DNA of 64,000 bases from the sequence record OP595145.1; one strand, written 5' to 3'. Shown piece after piece: positions 1 to 8,562 of the stretch. The position numbers and the translations under genes were made by a program. Under the pieces are notes generated by a model that saw nothing but the letters and a program-made list of their open reading frames with translations, ran no database searches and was not told the DNA's origin. Numbering within the stretch: position 1 is the stretch's first letter; every line of letters starts with the position of its first letter. The stretch comes from Escherichia phage vB_EcoM_DE16.

Positions 1-1
1 T

Positions 2-784
2 GGAACCAAGTGGAGTGAGATTCCGGTAGTTGCAGCAGAGAAAGGATACAATCCTGTTGGTGTGGAGTCTATTACAGGGATATCTTCTACCTTTACAGGT
101 TATCTTGATAGTGGTAACTTCTATTCATTTTCCCCTGGTCGAGATGTTGAGACAGACGCAGAATTCCGCTCTCGTTTCAATGACAACGTTGACGAAGCTA
201 ACGCAGGGACACGAGCAGCTATTGTGAAAGCTCTGCTACTTACAGATGGTGTTACTAAGGTGAAGATTTATGATAACCCTACATTACATGATCAAGAACA
301 TGCTCCAGCTATGACTTTCCAGACTATAGTTTATGGTGGCAGTGCAGAAGAAATTGCAAATGTTATCTATAAAACCAAACCAATCAACACTTTGACACAC
401 GGAACAACTAACATAACAGTTACAACAGAAGATGGAGGACAAGAAATTATCCGCTTCTCTCCTGGTACTTCTGCTATGTATTCCGTAAAACTTGTTTATC
501 AAACTGTCAACGGAACAACTTTAAGTGGAACAGAAAAACAAAACATCGTAGAAGCTTTACAAAACCTGCAAGCTTACTTTGAGTTAGGTTCTTCAGTAAC
601 GAACGATCAAATCAAAGGTGTTATTTATGCAGCACTTGCTTTTGGACGCTTGACTTCTCTTCGTGTTTATGTTAAACTTAATACTGAGGATGACAGTAAA
701 TATACAGAGAATAATATAGTTCCTGCTTATAATGTTGTCCCTTCTTTTGACCTTGATAACATTTCTTACGAGTATGGAGTGTAA
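2..784 (+). CDS. baseplate wedge protein (gpJ/gp6-like), C-terminal part; 5' end lies outside the window
   Basis: Frame-2 ORF open from the window edge; first in-window start is an internal GTG at 62; sits directly upstream of a gpI-like gene and the tail fiber block. Confidence 0.45.
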   Translation, partial: GTKWSEIPVVAAEKGYNPVGVESITGISSTFTGYLDSGNFYSFSPGRDVETDAEFRSRFNDNVDEANAGTRAAIVKALLLTDGVTKVKIYDNPTLHDQEHAPAMTFQTIVYGGSAEEIANVIYKTKPINTLTHGTTNITVTTEDGGQEIIRFSPGTSAMYSVKLVYQTVNGTTLSGTEKQNIVEALQNLQAYFELGSSVTNDQIKGVIYAALAFGRLTSLRVYVKLNTEDDSKYTENNIVPAYNVVPSFDLDNISYEYGV

Positions 785-786
785 AA

Positions 787-1416
787 ATGGCAGTGAGTGT
801 TGACCATGTAACAACTTGGGCCAGTATCAATGAAGATGTTAAAAACCTTCTGATTGAAGATTTTAAATCTTCTCCTAACATTGTCAAGCTCCTCTACATC
901 GTATCCAGTGAAAAGCAAAAGATAGATCAGGCAATGATCTATCTTGCTAAACACCGCTTGATCTCTACAGCTACAGGCAAATACCTAGATATTCTAGGGG
1001 AAGAAATGGGGATCGAACGTAATGGCTCTGATGATGAAGAGTATAGAACAATATTAAAAATCAGGGCTTACCGCGTAGCCTCATCGGGGACTCGTGGTGA
1101 CATAATTGATATCTTCGCCCGTTTCACAGGAACAGAGCGTGAAACGCTTAATACTTACGTAGGTTTGAATAAAACCTTTGATGTGTTTTTCTACAACCTG
1201 TGTCTTCAATCTGATCAAGCTTTAGAGCAGTTGCTAAGTGTTTTCCCTATTATTAGTAGCTACCGTCTTGGAGCAAAAGCAGGATCAGCTTTTGGTTTTA
1301 GTTCTTATTATGCTACCAAACCGCCTCATGGTATTGGTGGTTTAGGTTCCCTGTACATGGAATCTACTGGGGATGAAACAGGACGCATGTGTACGCTTCT
1401 CAAGCAAATAGATTAA
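787..1416 (+). CDS. baseplate/tail protein, P2 gpI-like
   Basis: ATG 3 nt after the upstream stop; 209 aa; position between baseplate J-like and fiber genes; family assignment by pattern only. Confidence 0.4.
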   Translation: MAVSVDHVTTWASINEDVKNLLIEDFKSSPNIVKLLYIVSSEKQKIDQAMIYLAKHRLISTATGKYLDILGEEMGIERNGSDDEEYRTILKIRAYRVASSGTRGDIIDIFARFTGTERETLNTYVGLNKTFDVFFYNLCLQSDQALEQLLSVFPIISSYRLGAKAGSAFGFSSYYATKPPHGIGGLGSLYMESTGDETGRMCTLLKQID

Positions 1417-1425
1417 GGAGTTTAA

Positions 1426-2487
1426 ATGGCGAAGCCAATATATTATCCTGACTGGGCTACACAAACTGTAACGCTCCCAGGAACTTTAAACACAAACAAA
1501 ATTAGACCTAAAGAAACCATCCGCACAGTTGGTATGGATTATGGTCAAATCATGACTTGCGAAGAAATGAACTGGATTCTTAATAATATCGGTTTATGGA
1601 TTCGCTATTTGGTGGATGATTTTCTTCCAACTTTACCTAATACCTACTTGCCTTTAGTGGGAACTAAGATTACAATGGCAGGTGATGCTACTGGTGAGGC
1701 CACTTGGAACGGTAACAAAGAAGTTACTTTATCTATCCAAGTTCAAGATAACAGTCATAATCACTTGTCAGCAAACATTACAGATGCTACTAGTTCAACA
1801 GTAACACCAAACGTGTTGGTAAAACGTGATGCGGGTGGTGCTATTTATGGTGGTGATGTTTATGTTAACGGTACTTCCACAACAGATCCTGCAACACTGT
1901 TCTTCAAAAACTTTGCAGGACAAACAAATGGTGAGATTTCTGCCGAGTATCAAAGCGGAGGTCAGCTTTACATCTATCGTAGAAATCCTAACACAGGTAG
2001 TGTATTGGCAGGTGTTCGTTTATATGATGCAGGTTATGTTCTAATAGATAATCCAAGATCGAACAGTGGACAAGATACTTCTAACGGAAATGCTTTAGTT
2101 CGTTTAGATTATCTGAACTCTCGTTTGACTTCCCTTCAGAACACATTGCAGACGAATATTAACACTGTTCAAAACAACTTGAATAATGTTAACAACAACC
2201 TCTCTTCTCGTATAAACAATGTAGAAAGTAATCATCAAAGTCAGATTACAAATAACTACAACTATGCTAACGGAACCTTTGTAAGAGATATTCGTTATAC
2301 TAGCCAAGGTGTGTATTATCCGCCAGGGAACGAGGTTTCTTGGACTTATATCTGTTCTTCTGGTTATGTTCTTTCTGGTATTATCGTACAGGAAACAGGA
2401 CGTAGCTCTGCGGATAACATCGGTGGGGTTTACTTCAAACGCCTCCAGCGCAACGTTAACGGAAACTGGTACGATATTGGAGGCTAA
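1426..2487 (+). CDS. tail fiber-like protein
   Basis: AAGGAG RBS; 353 aa; Asn/Gln/Leu-rich heptad-like segment (NTLQTNINTVQNNLNNVNNNLSSRINNVESN) typical of fiber shafts. Confidence 0.45.
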   Translation: MAKPIYYPDWATQTVTLPGTLNTNKIRPKETIRTVGMDYGQIMTCEEMNWILNNIGLWIRYLVDDFLPTLPNTYLPLVGTKITMAGDATGEATWNGNKEVTLSIQVQDNSHNHLSANITDATSSTVTPNVLVKRDAGGAIYGGDVYVNGTSTTDPATLFFKNFAGQTNGEISAEYQSGGQLYIYRRNPNTGSVLAGVRLYDAGYVLIDNPRSNSGQDTSNGNALVRLDYLNSRLTSLQNTLQTNINTVQNNLNNVNNNLSSRINNVESNHQSQITNNYNYANGTFVRDIRYTSQGVYYPPGNEVSWTYICSSGYVLSGIIVQETGRSSADNIGGVYFKRLQRNVNGNWYDIGG

Positions 2488-3033
2488 ATGATATTTACAA
2501 ACTTTAAAAAATATATTCCTGAAGACCCTGAACTAAAAGAATTGGTAGAAGCAGAGAACATTCTTTTTCTTCGTTGCGATCAAGGTTACGACTGGTATGA
2601 TTTACGTAGCACAGAATTCAATAACGATAAAATGAAAGTCGTTTTTGATGATCAAAATCGTATTGTGTTTTGGAATACTGATCCTACACTACTTTGCCCT
2701 GAAGATCTTTCTATAGCACAAGTAGACTTTAATATAGATACTTTTGAGGATATTAGGAACAAGGTTCTGGATTTAGAAACCTTAACTCTTAAGGATAAAG
2801 AGTATTCCCGTGAAGAGTTGATGACACAAGCTAGTGCAAAAATTCGCTCTTTACAAGAAACAGCGGTAGCACTTATAACACCTTTACAGTATGCTAAAGA
2901 TTTAGAAATGGCTACTGAAGACGAATTAGCTTATCTTAAAAATCTTCAAGTTTATGTAGTTAAACTAAATCGTGTTCCGCTTCAAAAAGACTATCCTTAC
3001 GCTATAGATTGGCCTACATTACCGACAGAATAA
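2488..3033 (+). CDS. hypothetical protein, possibly tail fiber assembly/chaperone
   Basis: ATG overlaps upstream stop (TAAATG); GGAGG RBS; function inferred from position only. Confidence 0.3.
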   Translation: MIFTNFKKYIPEDPELKELVEAENILFLRCDQGYDWYDLRSTEFNNDKMKVVFDDQNRIVFWNTDPTLLCPEDLSIAQVDFNIDTFEDIRNKVLDLETLTLKDKEYSREELMTQASAKIRSLQETAVALITPLQYAKDLEMATEDELAYLKNLQVYVVKLNRVPLQKDYPYAIDWPTLPTE

Positions 3034-3042
3034 GGGATCACT

Positions 3043-3378
3043 ATGGAATTTCAAGAAGCATGGGGACTTGCAAAGGATGCAATAATCCCTTTAATCGGAG
3101 TCATCTGGTTCTTTTTCAAACAAAAAATGGATAAATTCGGCTCTGATCTTGAGGAAATGGAGGAGAAAAGTCGAGAGCTAGAGAAGAAGTTGGTCTTTGT
3201 TGAATCAACTTATGCAACTAAAGCCGAACTTACCCAGATGCTAAATCAAATTAACTCTACATTAATGGCAAATAATAACACCCTTGAGCAAAAAATTGAA
3301 AAGATTATGGACCTCAAGAATGCGACTATCCAAATGATGCTAGATGACATAGTTAAACGTACACAGAATAAGGGGTAA
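3043..3378 (+). CDS. small membrane-anchored coiled-coil protein
   Basis: N-terminal hydrophobic helix (IIPLIGVIWFFF) followed by charged coiled-coil-like region; 111 aa. Confidence 0.35.
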   Translation: MEFQEAWGLAKDAIIPLIGVIWFFFKQKMDKFGSDLEEMEEKSRELEKKLVFVESTYATKAELTQMLNQINSTLMANNNTLEQKIEKIMDLKNATIQMMLDDIVKRTQNKG

Positions 3379-3381
3379 TTA

Positions 3382-6300
3382 ATGGCAACATTCCCAACAT
3401 ATCCAGCAACGTCTCTCGAACAGGGCGTAGACCTGGTTATTTTCTCATCTAACCAACTCCATGATGTTATTAATGGAAGTGCTACAGAGAGTATTGAAAC
3501 AGAATCAGGGTTGATACCAACCCTGAGAAAAGCCCTTGTTGACAACTTTTTCTTTAAAAGCCCATTGGATTGGGCGCAAGGCACAAACGAAACAGTTTTT
3601 AACCAACTTCGTTATTTCCAGAATGGAGTATTGAGCGGTTATTACTATGCCCCTAACGCTACATTGGTTAACCCAATCCCTATGCAAGGGACTCCAGTAG
3701 GAGATAACAACTGGGTATTGTGGGGACTGAAAACAGAACAATTAGCAACAGAAGTCACCCCGTGGGTATACTCTGGTGCAACGGGTTATGAAACAGTAAT
3801 TAGTCCTCCTTACATCTTTGATAGTGCTATTGTTACGATCAATGGTGTTATTCAGGTTCTGGGGGAAGCTTTCCGTATAGAAGATAGTAAGATCATCTTA
3901 TCTGAACCTTTGGGACACGATCCTGCAACAGGACTACCAAACAAGCTTTTTGCTTATATTGGTAAAATCGTAGCTTCAGCAGATACAGATCCTAATCTAG
4001 AGAACCGTCTTGTTAGTTTAGAAACAAAAACGGAAGAACTAACAGAAAGCATGGATAAAGTCCCTCTGCAAACTATTGCTCGTAAATATGGTTTGTTAGA
4101 TGATGAGGTGGCTTACGCAACAGCAGGTCAATCGTTAACAGGGATTAAAGCTCTGTATGATCCAGTAGCACAGTCTTCCTACACATTACCTCCTAACATC
4201 ACAGGAACTTTAACATCCTTGTCTGTTTCTGGAGTAATGACTTATTCTGGGGGGTCTGTAGATCTTTCTGCACTAGCTGTTGAACGTGGACAGTTTGTTC
4301 ATTTGCCTACAAGCTTTGGTAATAACGTAACTCTGACAGCTAAAAATCAGACGATTGGACGTGGTGCTGGTCGTTATCGTTGGGCTGGAAGTTTACCAAA
4401 AAGTATTTTGGCTTCTGATACATTGGAGACAAGCGGTGGATTAGGTCCAAATGCATGGGTTCTGACCAATACAGAAGGACTGTTAACCCCTCGTGGTGGA
4501 ACATACAACGATTTATTCGATGTTGTCTACTTGTCAGAATTTGCTAACAACACAACAACATATACCACACCAGAAGCAGCTTTCCAAGCGGCACTGTTAG
4601 CAGCAAAAGCTTCGAAAAGCAAGATTCTCGATGCTTACGGTTGCGATATGACTTTCACGACAAGCTCTTTTGATATTCAAGGTATCACTTTGCGTGGGGG
4701 TGTGTTCCGTGGTCAACGCGACTATCGTGTGCAAAATGCTACAGTAGAAGGCACAACTTTCCGTAACTCTCGTGTTATGTATTGGGGTGGTGCTGTGCGC
4801 ATGTTCGATTGTTTGTGGGACGGTGCTCCTCGCGCAGGTCAAGTTGGTAGCTTGGTATTCCAAGGCAACCCAATATCAGGTACTTTTGAAATTGATAATT
4901 GTACTTTTAAAAACGGGTTATACGGCATCCTTCAACAAGGAACAGGGGAACCAGTAACACGTGGTGTCTTCCGTAACCTTACCTTCATGGACATGCAAGG
5001 TGATGCAATAGAACTGAACGTCATCAATAAACATTATGACGATGGTTGTGTGATTGAGAATATTTACCTGTCTAATATCGATGGAACTAATGCTCCTATT
5101 CCTCTGTCCAACTGGGGTATCGGTATTGGTGTAGCTGGTAAAGGACCATATGGTTACGGAATCCCTGATGATCAATATTGTAAGAATATTACAATTCGTA
5201 ACGTTTTTGCAAAACGTTGCCGTCAGATTGTCCACGTAGAAGTTGGTCGTAATATCTCTATCGAAAACATTCATGGCGATCCAGACCAGACTGTATCTGT
5301 TGGGACAGGTTTGGCAACTGGCGCAGTTGTAATGTATGGAAGTAAAGATTTTACGATTGATGGTGTTTATGGAGAGCCTAAAACAGACGGTAGCACACTT
5401 GCAAGTAATATCCGTATGATTTATTTGGAGTGGGGAACTAACGCAGTTCTGGACGAAGAGGGTAATCCGGTAGTTCCGGCACAGGGCAGACCTTCAAATC
5501 CATGCTTTAACTATTCTGTTCGTAACATTCACACCAAAACTGGGCGTGTTTTTGCGGGAGTTTCCGCTGGGCCAGGTTATGAAAACAGAGTTAGCTTTGA
5601 AAATATTCGTTGCGCTGCATTGCAGTTGTTCGGTATAGCTTCTTGGCTTTCAATGTCTAACATCACCTGTAATATCTTCGATTGTGTTGGTCAACCTGAA
5701 TCTGGTCCAGGGACATTTTATGATGGATTCTTCCGTAGAGAAAAATCTGTTCTTGAAATGGTTAACGTAAACTGTTACCCAGATGGCAAGACGATGGTTA
5801 CTGGTCGTCCACAGTGGAGCCGTTGCCGTTACTCGGATATTCATCGTGTCAACTGTAATGTTGAAGCTAATATGTATACCAATATCGCAGGTGGTATTGG
5901 AGCTATTGTAGGGACAACGGGCAAAGTTTATTACTTAGAGCCTAATCCTAGTCGAAACATTGATGGAATGCATTTCCCAACAGGGAAAGAGTTTGACAAA
6001 GGGGATATGATAGTCAAGGCGGATAATACGTTCTTCCTTGTAACAACAAGTGGGGCATATATTCCAGATATCCCAGCTTTCGGTATTCGAGCTACACAGG
6101 CAGGAGATACCTTCCTGACACAGAACTTGACTCCTAACGGGACAGCAACAAATGCTTCTTGGTTGTATCATTACCCTCTGTCAGCAGGGACACGTATCCG
6201 TATTCCTGGTGCTGGTGTAGGTGGAGCAGATTTGGACACAGTTATTACTCGTGCACCTTATCAAGATAATGATACGTGGACTAACCCAGTTAAAATAGAC

Positions 6301-6435
6301 ATTGCAGATCCAATTGTAACGCCTACAAGTGCTGGAGTTAGAATTAAAACCATACCTAATGATTCCAGTAATGTTTCTGTAGGTAATACTGCGGTTATTC
6401 GCCCAACGCCAGTAGTAGATGTGCCAACAACCTAA
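3382..6435 (+). CDS. tailspike/tail fiber protein with beta-helix-like repeat core (possible depolymerase)
   Basis: 1017 aa; AAGGGG RBS; recurrent N-I-x-I/V-x-N and Gly-rich turn motifs (NITIRNVFAKRC, NISIENIHGD) as in parallel beta-helix spikes. Confidence 0.5.
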   Translation: MATFPTYPATSLEQGVDLVIFSSNQLHDVINGSATESIETESGLIPTLRKALVDNFFFKSPLDWAQGTNETVFNQLRYFQNGVLSGYYYAPNATLVNPIPMQGTPVGDNNWVLWGLKTEQLATEVTPWVYSGATGYETVISPPYIFDSAIVTINGVIQVLGEAFRIEDSKIILSEPLGHDPATGLPNKLFAYIGKIVASADTDPNLENRLVSLETKTEELTESMDKVPLQTIARKYGLLDDEVAYATAGQSLTGIKALYDPVAQSSYTLPPNITGTLTSLSVSGVMTYSGGSVDLSALAVERGQFVHLPTSFGNNVTLTAKNQTIGRGAGRYRWAGSLPKSILASDTLETSGGLGPNAWVLTNTEGLLTPRGGTYNDLFDVVYLSEFANNTTTYTTPEAAFQAALLAAKASKSKILDAYGCDMTFTTSSFDIQGITLRGGVFRGQRDYRVQNATVEGTTFRNSRVMYWGGAVRMFDCLWDGAPRAGQVGSLVFQGNPISGTFEIDNCTFKNGLYGILQQGTGEPVTRGVFRNLTFMDMQGDAIELNVINKHYDDGCVIENIYLSNIDGTNAPIPLSNWGIGIGVAGKGPYGYGIPDDQYCKNITIRNVFAKRCRQIVHVEVGRNISIENIHGDPDQTVSVGTGLATGAVVMYGSKDFTIDGVYGEPKTDGSTLASNIRMIYLEWGTNAVLDEEGNPVVPAQGRPSNPCFNYSVRNIHTKTGRVFAGVSAGPGYENRVSFENIRCAALQLFGIASWLSMSNITCNIFDCVGQPESGPGTFYDGFFRREKSVLEMVNVNCYPDGKTMVTGRPQWSRCRYSDIHRVNCNVEANMYTNIAGGIGAIVGTTGKVYYLEPNPSRNIDGMHFPTGKEFDKGDMIVKADNTFFLVTTSGAYIPDIPAFGIRATQAGDTFLTQNLTPNGTATNASWLYHYPLSAGTRIRIPGAGVGGADLDTVITRAPYQDNDTWTNPVKIDIADPIVTPTSAGVRIKTIPNDSSNVSVGNTAVIRPTPVVDVPTT

Positions 6436-6441
6436 TGGAAT

Positions 6442-6466
6442 AGAGGGGGATTCCCCCTCTTCTTCC
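6442..6466 (+). terminator. rho-independent terminator-like hairpin
   Basis: AGAGGGGGA-TT-CCCCCTCT stem-loop followed by T-rich run, 7 nt after the stop. Confidence 0.55.
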
Positions 6467-6496
6467 AATAGAATGGTCTAATGATAGGAGAGATAA

Positions 6497-8521
6497 ATGA
6501 ATTTAACAAGACCTAATAGTGCGATAGCCGATCTGGTAGAAGCTACTTATCGAAAACGTCGCAGCTTTGAGGCAGGTTTTACATTACGTAATTCCCGTGA
6601 AGTTTTGCTGTTAGCAGCAGAAGGGAATTATTACCAATGGAAAGGAACTTTTCCTAAAGTTGTTCCAGCAAACTCTACGCCAGCCACCACAGGTGGTATT
6701 TCTTCCCTTGCATGGCAAAGTGTTGGGACCGCTGATGATATAGCAATTATCAATGCCAAGTTTACAGCAATGCAGCAACAGATTGATGATCTGTCGGAAA
6801 CAATACCTGAAGCTGGTAAATCGGCTTATCAGATCGCACTTGATAATGGTTTTGTTGGAACAGAAGCACAATGGCTTGCTTCTTTGAAAGGGGATACTGG
6901 TGCTCAACTTAATATTAAAGGATCATTAGCAAGCACTAGTGAACTACCATCCACAGGTAACGTTGCAGGGGATGGTTATATCGTAGGTGATGTAATCTAC
7001 GCTTGGGATGGTTCTGTTTGGAAACTTATTTCTTCTCTTGGGCCAGAAGGTAAATCAGCTTACGAGGTATGGTTGGCAGATGGTAATACAGGATCTGTTT
7101 ATGATTTTCTTACCTCTATAAAAGGTGATAAAGGTGATGTTGGTCCTACAGGGCCACAGGGAGCACCTGGTGTTAACGCCAACGGTTTTGATTATCGTGG
7201 GGATTTGCCTTCTACAAGTAACTTACCACAACCTAACTCTGAAAACGTAAGCCAAGCTTATTCTATCAATGGTAATCTTTATGTCTCTAATGGGACAGCT
7301 TGGGTCAACATGGGTAATATTGTTGGTCCTCAAGGTCCACAAGGTGAGGCAGGTAAAGACGGTCTTGATGGAACAGATGGAGATGAAGGGAAATCTGCAT
7401 ATCAAAGTTGGCTGGATGCTGGTAATGAAGGGACAGAAGTAGATTTTATTGCCTCACTTAAAGGTCCAAAAGGAGACAAGGGTGATCAAGGAGAGCGAGG
7501 TCCACAAGGTGAACTAGGTCCACAAGGACCAGTGGGTGCAACAGGATCAGGTTTAGAGATTATCGGGGTTCTGAACAGTGAAGCTGAACTTCCTCCTACT
7601 GGAGAAGTAGGTGATGCATATAAAATTAATAATGATTTGTATGTTTGGATTCAAGATGCTACGGAATGGATGAATGTTGGCAGTCTTGGAGGAACATCAA
7701 TTACAGCTAAAGGTCATGTTCCGAACAGTGAAGCTCTCCCTGTTTATAATAACTATGGTGATGCCTATTTAACTGAAGACACTAGTAATCTTTACATCTA
7801 TACCTACGATCAAGACACCAATTCCGCATCTTTTGTTGACATGGGAAGTATTAAAGGCGACAAAGGTGAAAAAGGGGATAAAGGAGATAAGGGTGATCCT
7901 GGAACAAACGGAACCAACGGTACTGATGGGACCAACGGTAAGGACGGCGCACAGTGGTTTGTAGCAACAACTAATCCAGTTGCAGGAGACGGTGTTATCA
8001 ATGATTACGCTTTCAACACTACCACTGGAGCAGTGTTTAAGAAAACAGATTCTTCTACATGGACACTTATAGGAACTCTTCCTAGTATACCAGAAGCACC
8101 TCAAGACGGCTTGACGTATGGTCGTTCTGATGGGAACTGGATCGAAATATCAGGATCAGATCCTACAGAAGCTATAACACCAACTAAAGTTACAGCAGGT
8201 TTCATGGAACTTGAAACAACTACTGCCAACTCTGGAGCATCTTGGACTCCTTCTGGAACTTCCAATATGTATGTTGTTACAGTAACTGACGCTCTGACAG
8301 TTGGAGCATGGCCTGGTGTCACTGGCTCTACAAAGCCTAAAGCGTTTTCAGCAATGATTTATTTGATTCAAGATACAACGGGACACACGGTTACACTAGA
8401 TGCGTCTTATGGAGCACTGAATGATACAGAAATAGCAACTACTGCTAACGCAGTAACAATTTTGCAATTAACGTATCCTGGTGTGGGTGATATCGTGGAC
8501 ATGGTTGTTGTAACACGATAA
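6497..8521 (+). CDS. tail fiber protein with collagen-like Gly-X-Y repeats
   Basis: 674 aa; several G-X-Y runs (GDKGDVGPTGPQGAPG; GPQGPQGEAGKDGLDGTDGDEGK; GPKGDKGDQGERGPQGELGPQGPVGATG; GDKGEKGDKGDKGDPGTNGTNGTDGTNGKDG). Confidence 0.6.
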   Translation: MNLTRPNSAIADLVEATYRKRRSFEAGFTLRNSREVLLLAAEGNYYQWKGTFPKVVPANSTPATTGGISSLAWQSVGTADDIAIINAKFTAMQQQIDDLSETIPEAGKSAYQIALDNGFVGTEAQWLASLKGDTGAQLNIKGSLASTSELPSTGNVAGDGYIVGDVIYAWDGSVWKLISSLGPEGKSAYEVWLADGNTGSVYDFLTSIKGDKGDVGPTGPQGAPGVNANGFDYRGDLPSTSNLPQPNSENVSQAYSINGNLYVSNGTAWVNMGNIVGPQGPQGEAGKDGLDGTDGDEGKSAYQSWLDAGNEGTEVDFIASLKGPKGDKGDQGERGPQGELGPQGPVGATGSGLEIIGVLNSEAELPPTGEVGDAYKINNDLYVWIQDATEWMNVGSLGGTSITAKGHVPNSEALPVYNNYGDAYLTEDTSNLYIYTYDQDTNSASFVDMGSIKGDKGEKGDKGDKGDPGTNGTNGTDGTNGKDGAQWFVATTNPVAGDGVINDYAFNTTTGAVFKKTDSSTWTLIGTLPSIPEAPQDGLTYGRSDGNWIEISGSDPTEAITPTKVTAGFMELETTTANSGASWTPSGTSNMYVVTVTDALTVGAWPGVTGSTKPKAFSAMIYLIQDTTGHTVTLDASYGALNDTEIATTANAVTILQLTYPGVGDIVDMVVVTR

Positions 8522-8525
8522 CAGA

Positions 8526-8549
8526 AGCCCCGAAAGGGGCTTTCTTTTT
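8526..8549 (+). terminator. rho-independent terminator
   Basis: AAGCCCC-GAAA-GGGGCTT hairpin followed by TTCTTTTT. Confidence 0.65.
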
Positions 8550-8562
8550 ATGGAGGGTTTAA

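Noticed and set aside
1826-2307. Internal and antisense track ORFs within the tail fiber gene (1826..2044 plus, 2104..2307 minus), and similar nested ORFs throughout the window
   Set aside because: Fully embedded in longer, motif-supported genes on the same or opposite strand; no RBS; hydrophobic or low-complexity translations typical of off-frame reading of AT-rich DNA
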